A program made the translations under genes and the position numbers. DNA of 64,000 bases from an uncultured Gammaproteobacteria bacterium (GTDB lineage: Bacteria > Patescibacteriota > Microgenomatia > UBA10105 > UBA927), in NCBI GenBank assembly GCA_964629685.1, contig CAZVTT010000001.1:449319-513318 (forward strand). Reading direction: 5' to 3'. Positions within the stretch are counted from its first letter, which is position 1, and every line of letters starts with the position of its first letter. A model generated the notes under the pieces. The model did no database searches. It was not told where the DNA came from and saw nothing but the letters and a program-made list of their open reading frames with translations. Shown one piece after another: positions 48,195-57,370 of this stretch.

Positions 48195-48200
48195 ATGATT

Positions 48201-48545
48201 TCACCTCCTTTCTTGTTTAAGATATTCGGTATAGTTACTTAAACGTTCTGCATCTGTACCCCAATATGCCTGGTATTGGGTTAACCACTGCTGAAGTGTG
48301 TAGAGCGATTTTCTATTTAGCGTCAGGAATACAATTCTTCCAGTCTTCTTGCGCAATATGATACCGGCATGATCAAGTATTTTTATATGTTTATGAATTG
48401 CAGGAAGTGATAACCCCTGCATTGATGCCAGGCGACTTATTGAAGTCGGTTGAAGACTTAACGTGTAGACAATATCTCTTCTGTGTTGATTGGCAAGTGC
48501 TTCTAAAATAATGTCTAATTGTTTAGTAGAATAACTTTTGGCCAT
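48201..48545 (-). CDS. ArsR/SmtB family transcriptional regulator
   Basis: wHTH with RRDIVYTLSLQPTSISRLASMQGLSLPAIHKHIKILDHAGII. Confidence 0.8.
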   Translation of the reverse strand: MAKSYSTKQLDIILEALANQHRRDIVYTLSLQPTSISRLASMQGLSLPAIHKHIKILDHAGIILRKKTGRIVFLTLNRKSLYTLQQWLTQYQAYWGTDAERLSNYTEYLKQERR

Positions 48546-48546
48546 A

Positions 48547-48570
48547 ATACTTAACTAATTAGTTAAGTAT
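48547..48570. promoter_or_regulatory. Perfect 24-bp palindrome abutting arsR start, candidate operator
   Basis: ATACTTAACTAATTAGTTAAGTAT is its own reverse complement; lies 2 nt upstream of the arsR start codon. Confidence 0.5.
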
Positions 48571-48841
48571 AGCGAATACATTATTATCTGACAATTCTCT
48601 TGTAACTTCTGAAAATTTAAGCTAATGACATATAAGAAGACGTATAACCTGGGGCATACAAGACGAAACCTATAACGAATGCTATGCTAGGGTAGTAAGC
48701 CTATAAGATATTTGTGTAGGAAATACCGTTTAAACAAGGTTAAAATGGAATTCAGAAAACCTAATATAGAGAATTGCAAAAGCATTTCGGTATTAATGTA
48801 ATAAAAAAAATACGATTAGAAAAAGCATATTTCATAGTGTT

Positions 48842-49249
48842 TTGTTATCCGTTGCAAGTGGTATTGTCTTTGTTAGCGGGATGTACTTCATAGCAAGTGT
48901 CCGGGGTTTATCCCATGCAACTCCCGCGAGTCTGCTACTATTTTGTATCCCTCTATTGGTGTTTTCGTGGCGTAAACAGGTAAAGACGGTTAAAGAAATA
49001 TTTGTATCTAATTTTTTTACCAGTCTGTGGATAATCGTCCCGGTATGTCTGTTAGTAGGGTATTTTTTTGCAACCTTTCAGTTTGACGAATTTGATTCCT
49101 ACAATGGTTTTAATGTGCGCGAGTTTTTTACATTTTCTGCGCTAATTTGTATTCCTGTTTTTCAGATTACGTACATTACCTTGTGTATCGGTAGTGGTAT
49201 AAAATTAGTTTTATACAAAAGGAAATTACGGTCACGTCCGTCCTGCTAA
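48842..49249 (+). CDS. Hypothetical membrane protein
   Basis: 135 aa with 4 predicted TM helices. Confidence 0.4.
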   Translation: MLSVASGIVFVSGMYFIASVRGLSHATPASLLLFCIPLLVFSWRKQVKTVKEIFVSNFFTSLWIIVPVCLLVGYFFATFQFDEFDSYNGFNVREFFTFSALICIPVFQITYITLCIGSGIKLVLYKRKLRSRPSC

Positions 49250-49306
49250 GTAATTGCTCGCGTAAAGCAAATATTCTTTTTGCTAAAGTCAGCATATAAT
49301 TGATTT

Positions 49307-49813
49307 ATGACTGATGAAGATTACATGTTGGCAGCAATTGCTCAAGCACAAAAGGCCGGCACAAATGGTGGGTTACCGTTAGGAGCCGTAGTAGTAAAAG
49401 AGGGCGAAATCATTGTTTCGGGAACCAGTCACGTCGGTGATTTTATGGACCCGACGGCACATGGTGAGTCTCTGGCAATCAGAAACGCCTGCAAAAAATT
49501 AAATACCTTAAATCTTTCGGAATGTATTCTATATACTACGCTTGAGCCTTGTTCCATGTGCTTGGCATGTGCCAGTTGGTGCGGGCTAAAACGTATTGTT
49601 TTTGGATCATACCGTACGGATATACCGGAAAATCCATATGAAATGGATAACTACCATGCCGAAGCACATGCTCGCCAATTAACGCCGATTGGCGGGGGTT
49701 CCATGATTGTAGATGGTGGCGTTCTCCGTAAAGAATGTGCTGCATTAATGCAGCATATGGTGAACTGGACAATCTCTGATGAGTTACAAACTATACATGA
49801 TGCGATGAAATAA
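49307..49813 (+). CDS. CMP/dCMP-type zinc deaminase (TadA/guanine deaminase-like)
   Basis: HGE...(about 28 aa)...PCSMC zinc-binding motif pair (H-x-E and PCxxC). Confidence 0.8.
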   Translation: MTDEDYMLAAIAQAQKAGTNGGLPLGAVVVKEGEIIVSGTSHVGDFMDPTAHGESLAIRNACKKLNTLNLSECILYTTLEPCSMCLACASWCGLKRIVFGSYRTDIPENPYEMDNYHAEAHARQLTPIGGGSMIVDGGVLRKECAALMQHMVNWTISDELQTIHDAMK

Positions 49814-49816
49814 TTG

Positions 49817-49859
49817 AGGTGGCTAGTTGGTTAGTCTGAACCAGAAGATAGCCACCTCT
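49817..49859 (+). terminator. Hairpin terminator between convergent deaminase and ytxH-like genes
   Basis: GAGGTGGCTA ... TAGCCACCTC 10-bp stem, 23-nt loop, T-rich tail. Confidence 0.45.
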
Positions 49860-49869
49860 ATTATCCTAC

Positions 49870-50127
49870 CTATTTTTCTACCGCTTTACGTACTTCCTTT
49901 TGTTCTTTCGCAGCTTTGTTTTTCAACGAATCTAAAGAATCTTCTATTGAATTTCCAGTATTTTTTACGGTATCAGCTACACGATCTTTTATATCTGAAA
50001 CGGTGTTGTTTATAGCAGTCCTTTTCTTTTTATCAGACAGTATCGCAGCTGCTGCAACTGCAATTCCGGCCACTACTGCACCCGTTGCTGCTCCCGCTAC
50101 TGCGGCGTTCTTATTGTTATTTTTCAT
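49870..50127 (-). CDS. YtxH-like (DUF948) general stress protein
   Basis: N-terminal Ala/Gly-rich helix NAAVAGAATGAVVAGIAVAAAAIL then charged coiled-coil tail. Confidence 0.6.
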   Translation of the reverse strand: MKNNNKNAAVAGAATGAVVAGIAVAAAAILSDKKKRTAINNTVSDIKDRVADTVKNTGNSIEDSLDSLKNKAAKEQKEVRKAVEK

Positions 50128-50161
50128 ATATTTATTCTTTCATTAAATAGTGTTAATAGCT

Positions 50162-50404
50162 TTATTTATGCAGTGCGCGTCCTAAGAAAATTAGGATGAT
50201 TGCACCAATCACGGCGACCACCAGACTGTAAAGATTAAATCCGGTTACACCTGGTTGTCCCAGGGTATTCATAACGAAACCACCAACGAATGCACCGACT
50301 ATTCCAAGTAAAATGTCTTCCAGCATCCCATGATTACTTTTCATGAGAACGTCTGCTATAAAACCTGCTAATGCTCCCAGTACAATCCAAAATATAATGT
50401 CCAT
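50162..50404 (-). CDS. GlsB/YeaQ/YmgE family stress-response membrane protein
   Basis: IVLGALAGFIADVLM...GIVGAFVGGFV...VVAVIGAIILIFL signature; RBS AAAGGA. Confidence 0.8.
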   Translation of the reverse strand: MDIIFWIVLGALAGFIADVLMKSNHGMLEDILLGIVGAFVGGFVMNTLGQPGVTGFNLYSLVVAVIGAIILIFLGRALHK

Positions 50405-50440
50405 ATTTTTCCTTTCTTAAAAATGTAATGTATTAACGTA

Positions 50441-50674
50441 TTAAGGCTCTTGATTAATATTTACGTCAATTTTATCCGGAACGTTAATCTGCGGCGTTTG
50501 AGATCCAGTTTGTGAATTATTAGATCTATCAGGTATGAACGTTTCCCGGAGTATTGGAATTCCAAACACCAGAAATAGAACTACGAAACCTATCAGGAAT
50601 ATCATTGCGAAAACGAGAGTAAAGTTATTTCCTGAATCCGTAGATGTTGCCGGATTATTTACTACTGTGGTCAT
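50441..50674 (-). CDS. Small membrane protein
   Basis: 77 aa, one TM, strong RBS AGGAGG 5 nt upstream. Confidence 0.5.
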   Translation of the reverse strand: MTTVVNNPATSTDSGNNFTLVFAMIFLIGFVVLFLVFGIPILRETFIPDRSNNSQTGSQTPQINVPDKIDVNINQEP

Positions 50675-50708
50675 ATATTCCTCCTAAATGATTAACGGGC
50701 AATAGTAT

Positions 50709-51212
50709 TTATTTTTTTTCAGTTTTTACACGCGCTTGAATAGTTACTTCCACATCGGCGATGTGCGATAATGTTTCATCTGCGTTTTCTTCATCCTCTA
50801 AGGTTAAACGTAAGAGTTCCGCTACATTCTCTTCTCCCAAAGCTAATGCAAATGCTAGAGCAGAACCATAACCGGCTATTTCATAATGTTCTACTCGTTG
50901 CGCAGCAGATATAATAGCTGCGTCAAGCGCATAAGACTGATCTTCTTCTAATAATTTGGCACCTTCTTGTAACAATCCTTCCATTCCTTTGCATTTTTCA
51001 CCACCTGTTTTAACTTTCAACTCTTCAGCTGCCTGTTCCAGGCGTATTACGTGCTCACGTGTCTGTTCTAAATGTTCTTCCAATGCTTCACGCAACGCTT
51101 TTGACGTGCATATTTTCGTCATTTTTGGTAAAGCTGCAATAATTTGTTTTTCTGCACTGTAAAGGTCCTGAATTTCATGGACCAGCACATCATCTAGTGT
51201 TTCAATTTTCAT
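50709..51212 (-). CDS. YciE/YciF-like ferritin-like (DUF892) stress protein
   Basis: IQDLYSAEKQ...ALEEHLEQTREHVIRLE...HYEIAGYGSALAFA pattern; RBS AGGAGA. Confidence 0.75.
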   Translation of the reverse strand: MKIETLDDVLVHEIQDLYSAEKQIIAALPKMTKICTSKALREALEEHLEQTREHVIRLEQAAEELKVKTGGEKCKGMEGLLQEGAKLLEEDQSYALDAAIISAAQRVEHYEIAGYGSALAFALALGEENVAELLRLTLEDEENADETLSHIADVEVTIQARVKTEKK

Positions 51213-51229
51213 GTTTTATCTCCTATTAA

Positions 51230-51310
51230 TTAAAAGAAATGGGTAACGACATAAAATAGAATTAATACGGATAAAGGAACTCCGAGTAACCATGCAAGTA
51301 TGTATCCCAT
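51230..51310 (-). CDS. 26-aa hydrophobic micropeptide (MGYILAWLLGVPLSVLILFYVVTHFF)
   Basis: ATG preceded by AAAGGAG 7 nt upstream; stop TAA 18 nt before the yciE-like RBS; below the ORF-track length cut-off. Confidence 0.45.
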   Translation of the reverse strand: MGYILAWLLGVPLSVLILFYVVTHFF

Positions 51311-51457
51311 ATTGACGCTCCTTTCACTTTTGAAACTTTTATTACTTTTAAGTGTAGTTAACGTCGGTGGGAATTCTGTCAGAAAAATGATAGAAAAACG
51401 TAAGAATGATTATTCCAGAAAGCTGATAATAGTAGCTTAGAATGGTATAATATATGT

Positions 51458-52129
51458 ATGATTCCTTACATTGTCTTGATTGAAGACGACAACGATATAC
51501 AAAAATATTTGAAGGAGTTACTGGTAGATAATAATTTTACCGTAAAAACCGCAACTACCGGAATTGCCGGTCTTACATTGGTAAAACGTGCGGAACCAAA
51601 TCTGGTGTTATTGGATTTAACGTTACCAGATATGAAAGGGGAAAGTGTTTGTACGGAAATACGAAAAGAATACCCTAATCTCCCGATAATTATGTTAACG
51701 GCCAAAGACCAAGTATCCGATAAACTTAAGGGGTTTACCTTAGGAGCCGATGATTATATTACCAAGCCATTTGTAGCTGACGAGTTGTTAGCCAGAATAC
51801 GAGCTAGGTTAAAGCATCTTATTGCAGACAATCCCACAATGAGTATAGATGATTTAACTTTGAATATCGCTACATTTGAAGTTAAACGGGGAGAAAAACC
51901 TATTCAGCTTACTCCACAGGAATTTAAACTTCTAGAGTTTCTTATAAGAAACAAAGGAACCGTTTTAACCCGAGATGTTATTTTGAATCGTATCTGGATG
52001 TATTCGCCTGACGTGGAAAGCCGAGTGGTGGACGTTTATATGGGTTACCTGCGTAAGAAAATTGATGCCGGTTACAAAAAGAAATTGCTGCACTCAATAA
52101 GGGGTTTCGGGTATACGGTTAAAGACTAG
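51458..52129 (+). CDS. OmpR-family response regulator
   Basis: Receiver (LIEDDNDI...LLDLTLPDMKG) plus winged-helix output (LTPQEFKLLEFL...GFGY). Extended -10 TGGTATAAT lies 9 nt upstream of the ATG. Confidence 0.85.
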   Translation: MIPYIVLIEDDNDIQKYLKELLVDNNFTVKTATTGIAGLTLVKRAEPNLVLLDLTLPDMKGESVCTEIRKEYPNLPIIMLTAKDQVSDKLKGFTLGADDYITKPFVADELLARIRARLKHLIADNPTMSIDDLTLNIATFEVKRGEKPIQLTPQEFKLLEFLIRNKGTVLTRDVILNRIWMYSPDVESRVVDVYMGYLRKKIDAGYKKKLLHSIRGFGYTVKD

Positions 52130-52133
52130 TTAT

Positions 52134-52508
52134 TTAATTCACTTCTTTTGCGGTATATCTGTTTACCTGTGAAATAAATTCATCGATTTCAAATGGTTTA
52201 CCAAGGAATATCTCGGCTCCTACATCTTTGGCAAGTTGCTGCATATTCTTCTGATTTGCGGACATAAGAAAAACGGGTACATTCTTTGTGGCGGCTTGGG
52301 ACTTAATTTCTTTTATTAATTTAGATCCATTTTTACCGGGCAATCTGTAGTCAATAATTATAAGTGCGGGAAAGTTTTGCTGTATGTGGGCTTTAAGTGT
52401 TTTACCGTTAGATAAAGAGATAACAGTATACCCTTCATACTCCAGATTTATTCGAAGAGCTTCAGAAAATGACTCGTCATCTTCAACCAGGATTATTGTT
52501 TTATTCAT
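52134..52508 (-). CDS. Single-domain response regulator (receiver only)
   Basis: ILVEDDESF...IIDYRLPGKNG receiver motifs, 124 aa. Confidence 0.75.
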   Translation of the reverse strand: MNKTIILVEDDESFSEALRINLEYEGYTVISLSNGKTLKAHIQQNFPALIIIDYRLPGKNGSKLIKEIKSQAATKNVPVFLMSANQKNMQQLAKDVGAEIFLGKPFEIDEFISQVNRYTAKEVN

Positions 52509-52527
52509 AGTATTAAATAGACAAATG

Positions 52528-54927
52528 TTAATTTAACGTTTTAGGAACCAGGGGGATAGTAAAGTAAAAGGTTGATCCTTTATGAAGTTCACTGTCTACC
52601 CAGATTTTACCACCACTCTTTTTAACTATTTCCGCGGCGATATACAAACCCACACCTAATCCAGAAGATGTGGTTTTTTCTGTAGAATTACTCCGGTAGA
52701 AAATATCAAATATTTTTTTAAAATCTTTCTTGGGAATGCCTACACCGAAATCCTGAACACTTATTTGTACTTCTTCATTCTCTATTTTTACATTTATATT
52801 TATACGGTTTGAATTGGGTGAATACTTTATGGCATTTTGAACTAAATTAATTAATACTTGAGCAAGTCTGTTTTTATCTGCCACAATATCCTGTTTTACC
52901 ATTCCCGTTCTATGAATGCTATGTGAAGGTACAGTGAACTGTAGTTCCTTTATTTGTTCGTCTAAAAATGTATCAATAGAAAACATTTCATAAAATAAAT
53001 CAAGTTTGTTATTCTGGATTCTGGTCATATCCAGCAAGTCCTTTATGAGACGAGCCAGATTGTCTGCCTTTGCATCTATCTTTGAAAGATACTCCTGACT
53101 TTTACTATCCTGAACTTTTGATAAATGCTTATTGAGTATGGCAACAAATGCTTTAATACTGGCTAACGGTGTCGTAAGTTCATGACTGGCAATCCCCAGT
53201 AAATGTTCCTGTCTTTTTTCTTCTACTTTCCGTTTGCTAATGTCACGCAATATCCACAGTTGCTGGTTAGGCAATACTTCGGTTTTAACGCTATACTCAA
53301 TTGGTATAATGTTTCCTTCATGAGAAACCATTTCCATTTCGCCACGGCCGTATCCGTGTGCGATATGGCTCTTAAGTTTTTTGGCTACAGCTTTTTTTCC
53401 GTTTGTGTGCAAGCGATCTGATAATTTGGAAAAAAGTAGCTGTGCACGGGGAAACTTAAACACATCGACTCCGGCTTTGTTTAAGTCAACTATTGTCAGA
53501 TTTTTATCCGTGATAATAATGGGATCTAAAGATGATTCAAAAACCGATTTAAATTTTTTCTCACTGTGCTTTAATCTCTCTTCAGAAATTTTTCTTTCAG
53601 TAATGTCCATCCCTATCCCCATCATTCTCAGAGAATTATTTTGCTTATCCTTAATAACTTCACCCTTTTTATATATCCATTTTACTTCTCCGTTGGGTAG
53701 TGCGATGCGAAATTCCTTTTCAAATCCGGAGCCAGTTTTTATTGCTTTCACCAACTCTTTCTGAACAGCTTTCCGATCTTCCGGATAAATACGATCCAGG
53801 AATTTTATTAGCGTACTGTCTTTGCTTTTACTGGAAATACCGTAAATCGATTTAAAACTTTCCGATAAGGCAAAAACATCATCGGAATAATTCCAGTCCC
53901 AGGTACTCATTTTTCCCATTTCTAACGCCAGACGTAACGATTTATCATACGTGTGCAGCACTCTGTACGTATTTTTCTGCTTTTTAATAATTCTTTTTGC
54001 ATGCTCATAAATTCGTGAATTGTCAAATAACGTAGCGGCGCGATGGGCGAAAAGTTCCAACATCTCCAAATCATCCGAGGTATATCTTCTGTCAGATTCG
54101 GAATATGCGAACGTTATTAATCCTAAAGCCCGTTTTCTTGTTATCAGGGGGACAGTGATTATTGAACGAATATTTAATTGTGAGAGTAAACGCAGATGTT
54201 CGTCATCTTTGGCTGCATTTTTAATATCAGTTTCGGTTATTTCCGGAAATAATACGGGTTTTTTGTTCTTTAATATTTGTATCAGGTTACTGTTGTTTTT
54301 TACCGAGGGGTATTTTTGATGAAGAATATCTGCAATCTTTATTTTCTTTGGATCGATATGTGAAATAGCTTTCCGTACCAGCGTTCCTTTCTCAGTTAAC
54401 ATGTCTATAGCACACCAATCGGCCATTTCAGGAACGATTAATTCTGCTAAACGCTTTACCCGACTTTCATAGTTAAGTATGGAAGCGAGCGAGCTGTTTA
54501 TATTTGTGAGTAGTGTAAAGGTTTTTTCCGAGCGTTTAAACTTGGTTAAGTCGTAAAAACTGTTTATAACACCGTTTATAACACCGGCCGAATCCGTGAA
54601 TGGTATTGCTTTAACCCAAGACCAATTATTCTTATTCTCGGATATATTCTTAAACCGAAGTATAGCTTCTTCGGGTAATCCGCTAAGGAGTGCCCTTCTA
54701 CCCGGAAGTTTTTGATATGGAAGCGGGTTTCCTGATTCGTCCAGTATCGTAAAGTTTTTCATAAGTTCGCCGGGTGGTAATTGAAAAAATTTTTCTGATG
54801 AAGAGAATCCCATAACGCGTAAGGCTTCTTTGTTTGCATAGAGTACTTTCCCTGACGTGTCCTGTATGGTTATTCCGTGGGGTAAAATGTCTAATATTTT
54901 CTCTATCGAAGTTGAAGTGATTTCCAT
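52528..54927 (-). CDS. Multi-PAS/GAF sensor histidine kinase
   Basis: H-box LGIASHELTTPLASIKA; G-boxes GVGLYIAAEIV and GSTFYFTIP; at least three PAS-like blocks and a GAF-like block upstream. Confidence 0.85.
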   Translation of the reverse strand: MEITSTSIEKILDILPHGITIQDTSGKVLYANKEALRVMGFSSSEKFFQLPPGELMKNFTILDESGNPLPYQKLPGRRALLSGLPEEAILRFKNISENKNNWSWVKAIPFTDSAGVINGVINSFYDLTKFKRSEKTFTLLTNINSSLASILNYESRVKRLAELIVPEMADWCAIDMLTEKGTLVRKAISHIDPKKIKIADILHQKYPSVKNNSNLIQILKNKKPVLFPEITETDIKNAAKDDEHLRLLSQLNIRSIITVPLITRKRALGLITFAYSESDRRYTSDDLEMLELFAHRAATLFDNSRIYEHAKRIIKKQKNTYRVLHTYDKSLRLALEMGKMSTWDWNYSDDVFALSESFKSIYGISSKSKDSTLIKFLDRIYPEDRKAVQKELVKAIKTGSGFEKEFRIALPNGEVKWIYKKGEVIKDKQNNSLRMMGIGMDITERKISEERLKHSEKKFKSVFESSLDPIIITDKNLTIVDLNKAGVDVFKFPRAQLLFSKLSDRLHTNGKKAVAKKLKSHIAHGYGRGEMEMVSHEGNIIPIEYSVKTEVLPNQQLWILRDISKRKVEEKRQEHLLGIASHELTTPLASIKAFVAILNKHLSKVQDSKSQEYLSKIDAKADNLARLIKDLLDMTRIQNNKLDLFYEMFSIDTFLDEQIKELQFTVPSHSIHRTGMVKQDIVADKNRLAQVLINLVQNAIKYSPNSNRININVKIENEEVQISVQDFGVGIPKKDFKKIFDIFYRSNSTEKTTSSGLGVGLYIAAEIVKKSGGKIWVDSELHKGSTFYFTIPLVPKTLN

Positions 54928-55054
54928 AAATATAAACCTGTTTTACATGAATATAGAAAGTTTGTATGCATATGTAGGTAACCGTGGGCTAAAAATATTT
55001 ATTATAATTCGGTTATAGTATGCACTATTTGCATCCGTATAAAGCAAGGTTTGT

Positions 55055-55076
55055 GTAAGAATACGGTAAGAATACG
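55055..55076. promoter_or_regulatory. Perfect tandem direct repeat, candidate response-regulator binding site
   Basis: GTAAGAATACG twice in tandem. A GTAAGAAT half-site also occurs at 51400-51407 upstream of the OmpR-type regulator gene. Confidence 0.4.
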
Positions 55077-55138
55077 CGCTAATTCCAAATGTATGATATA
55101 TTACGTTTATTATAAGGTCAAAATTAGAGGGAGATACT

Positions 55139-55555
55139 ATGAAAACTACACTAAATCCATATATCGGTTTTAAATCAAATGCCCGGGAAGCTATGGAATT
55201 TTATAAAACGGTATTTGGCGGAAAACTTACCATAAGCACGTTTAAAGATTTTCATGCTTCACAGGATGTTGCTGAAGATAACAAGATTATGCACGCCATG
55301 TTAGTTGCTGACAATGGAATTACGTTAATGGGTTCTGATACGCCAAATAGTATGACGTACAACGAAGGCAGCAGAATAAGTATCTCTTTAAGCGGAGATA
55401 ATGATTCTGAACTTCGGACGTACTGGGATAAACTGGCTGATGGCGGAACTGTTATTATGCCTTTTGATAAAGCCCCTTGGGGAGATACCTTCGGGATGCT
55501 ATCCGATAAATTCGGAATAGTCTGGATGGTTAATGTTATGGCTCCGAAAGCCTAA
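55139..55555 (+). CDS. VOC/glyoxalase-family protein (PhnB-like)
   Basis: 138 aa, GGKL...HAMLVADNGITLMGSD pattern. Confidence 0.65.
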   Translation: MKTTLNPYIGFKSNAREAMEFYKTVFGGKLTISTFKDFHASQDVAEDNKIMHAMLVADNGITLMGSDTPNSMTYNEGSRISISLSGDNDSELRTYWDKLADGGTVIMPFDKAPWGDTFGMLSDKFGIVWMVNVMAPKA

Positions 55556-55576
55556 AATACATCTGGTTAAATAGCC

Positions 55577-55834
55577 TTAATCGAATGGGGTTTTGATCGT
55601 CTTTTTCATGGGTCCCCATGTTTTGGTCCAACCTTTCGTCTTCCAACGAAATAGGAAGTGGATACTTACTCCGAGAAGGGCGCCGAGGATTATCCATGCT
55701 GCAACCCCATCCCAACCCCACCAGAGAAATATGCAGTAAGTGAGGACTATGAGGACAATCCATTTTATAACCCGAAATCTTGCCGATTGTCCATGTAGGG
55801 CTATGTATGACTCGCGTTGTAGAATTTTTTTCAT
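55577..55834 (-). CDS. Hypothetical membrane protein
   Basis: 85 aa, 2 TM. Confidence 0.35.
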   Translation of the reverse strand: MKKILQRESYIALHGQSARFRVIKWIVLIVLTYCIFLWWGWDGVAAWIILGALLGVSIHFLFRWKTKGWTKTWGPMKKTIKTPFD

Positions 55835-55924
55835 AATCTAATCAGCTTATCCATCATCCGCTTTATAGTTCGATAAATCTATTTAATTATAGAATACTTA
55901 ACTATTTATGATAAAGTAGGGTTT

Positions 55925-56518
55925 ATGCAAACTTATGTAGCTTTGTTGCGCGGGATTAATGTGGGTGGTAATTCGAAAGTGGAAATGTCCAAGCTTAAAT
56001 CCGTTATGGAAGAATTAGGTTATATACATGTATCTACCTACATTAATTCCGGGAACGTTATTTTTTCACATGTACAGCAGGAACCGGCTTTACTGGAAAA
56101 AAATATTGAAATTGCCGTGGAGCGGGTATTTGGTTTTCCCATTCCTGTTGTGGTGAGGAGTGCTCATAGTATTGCTTCTCTTTGCGCGGTAATTCCCAAA
56201 ACATGGAAGAATGACGATGATATGAAAACGGATGTGCTATTTTTACGTGAAGGATTTAAATCAAGTAGTACATTAGAAAAAATAAAAAGTAACCCGGATG
56301 TTGACACGATGAAATATTCACACGGAGCTATCGTGTGGAATTTAGACAGAAAAAAATACAATAAGAGCGGCATGCGAAAGTTTATCGGCACTTTGGTATA
56401 TAAAAACATGACAGCCAGGAACATAAATACGGTTAGGAAGCTAAATGAACTTATGAATGGGGAGGTTAAATCTGAAAAAAGTTTCAAAATTACCGGTAAA
56501 AAAACTCATTATTTGTAG
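55925..56518 (+). CDS. DUF1697 family protein
   Basis: YVALLRGINVGGNSKVEMSKLKSVMEELGY...YINSGNVIF signature. Confidence 0.7.
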   Translation: MQTYVALLRGINVGGNSKVEMSKLKSVMEELGYIHVSTYINSGNVIFSHVQQEPALLEKNIEIAVERVFGFPIPVVVRSAHSIASLCAVIPKTWKNDDDMKTDVLFLREGFKSSSTLEKIKSNPDVDTMKYSHGAIVWNLDRKKYNKSGMRKFIGTLVYKNMTARNINTVRKLNELMNGEVKSEKSFKITGKKTHYL

Positions 56519-56795
56519 CAGGGGACACAAATTCTATAAAAGCAGTGATTGTCCTGTTTGTCCAAAGTGCTGGTCCGGGTATTACCGAAAAACCATTACT
56601 CATGAATTTCCGGAAACTATCAGTTCACCAGCGCTCAGGGCGTTACTTAACGCTAAAATTACAACATTATCGCAGTTGGCAAAACATACAGAAACAGAAC
56701 TTCTCGCATTGCATGGTATGGGGCCAAGTACTATTCCCAAACTTCGGGTAGCTTTAAAAGCCAAAGGGTTGGCGTTTAAACCGGAAAAGTTTTAG
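56457..56795 (+). CDS. Hypothetical Zn-ribbon plus helix-hairpin-helix protein
   Basis: CxxC...CPKC pair and C-terminal HhH-like LALHGMGPSTIPKL. The start is uncertain because it overlaps DUF1697 by 62 nt. Confidence 0.4.
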   Translation: MGRLNLKKVSKLPVKKLIICSRGHKFYKSSDCPVCPKCWSGYYRKTITHEFPETISSPALRALLNAKITTLSQLAKHTETELLALHGMGPSTIPKLRVALKAKGLAFKPEKF

Positions 56796-57370
56796 TATAT
56801 TTTTTCTTTCGCTTTCATGAGCGAAAGAAGTGCTTCGAATCTTCTTTTTCTTGTTTCCGGTTTTACCGCCGTATTTAGTCGGAAGGCAATAGCGAAGGTA
56901 TTTGCTTTTGTTAAAGTACTATAAAATTCAAAAGCATCCGGATATTTGCGTAATTCCTTCACAAAATCATTAGGAACTTTCATGTCTTTAGGTGAATCAT
57001 ATGCACGCTCCCATCTACCGTCTGACTTTGCAGCTTCTACTTCTTTTAATCCACCGGGTTTCATTTTATTTTCGATAATTAGGTTTTCAACAATATTTCT
57101 GTTAATTTTTGACCAGATGCTTTTTTGCCTTCTGGGGGAAACCTTTTGTAAATATTCTTTGGAATCCAAACTATTTACCACACTATCTATCCACCCGTAT
57201 ATTAAGCATCCTTCACGCAGTTCTTCGTAGGTAATGGATGTTATGCCGCTGTCTTTTTTTGCCAGCTTTATCCATACAGCTGAGGAGTAATTAGCAGCAT
57301 TCTTTTCGAGCCATTTAATCCAATCAGGGTAAGTAGGAAATTGAAGAACTTCTAATCCTTTATGTGTCAT
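56792..57370 (-). CDS. YdeI/OmpD-associated family protein
   Basis: 192 aa; pattern YPDWIKWLEKNA...VWIKL..K......ITY.E..E..L..GWID. Confidence 0.55.
   Translation of the reverse strand: MTHKGLEVLQFPTYPDWIKWLEKNAANYSSAVWIKLAKKDSGITSITYEELREGCLIYGWIDSVVNSLDSKEYLQKVSPRRQKSIWSKINRNIVENLIIENKMKPGGLKEVEAAKSDGRWERAYDSPKDMKVPNDFVKELRKYPDAFEFYSTLTKANTFAIAFRLNTAVKPETRKRRFEALLSLMKAKEKIY

Noticed and set aside
47886-48198. Two plus-strand ORFs (96 and 86 aa) overlapping the minus-strand yciI-like gene
   Set aside because: The minus-strand gene is operonic with arsR and has a terminator downstream; the plus ORFs lack starts with RBS.
49827-50146. Plus-strand ORFs 49827-50015 and 49916-50146
   Set aside because: The first begins inside the terminator hairpin. 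The second is antisense to the YtxH-like gene, with a poly-Ala translation of its Ala-rich helix.
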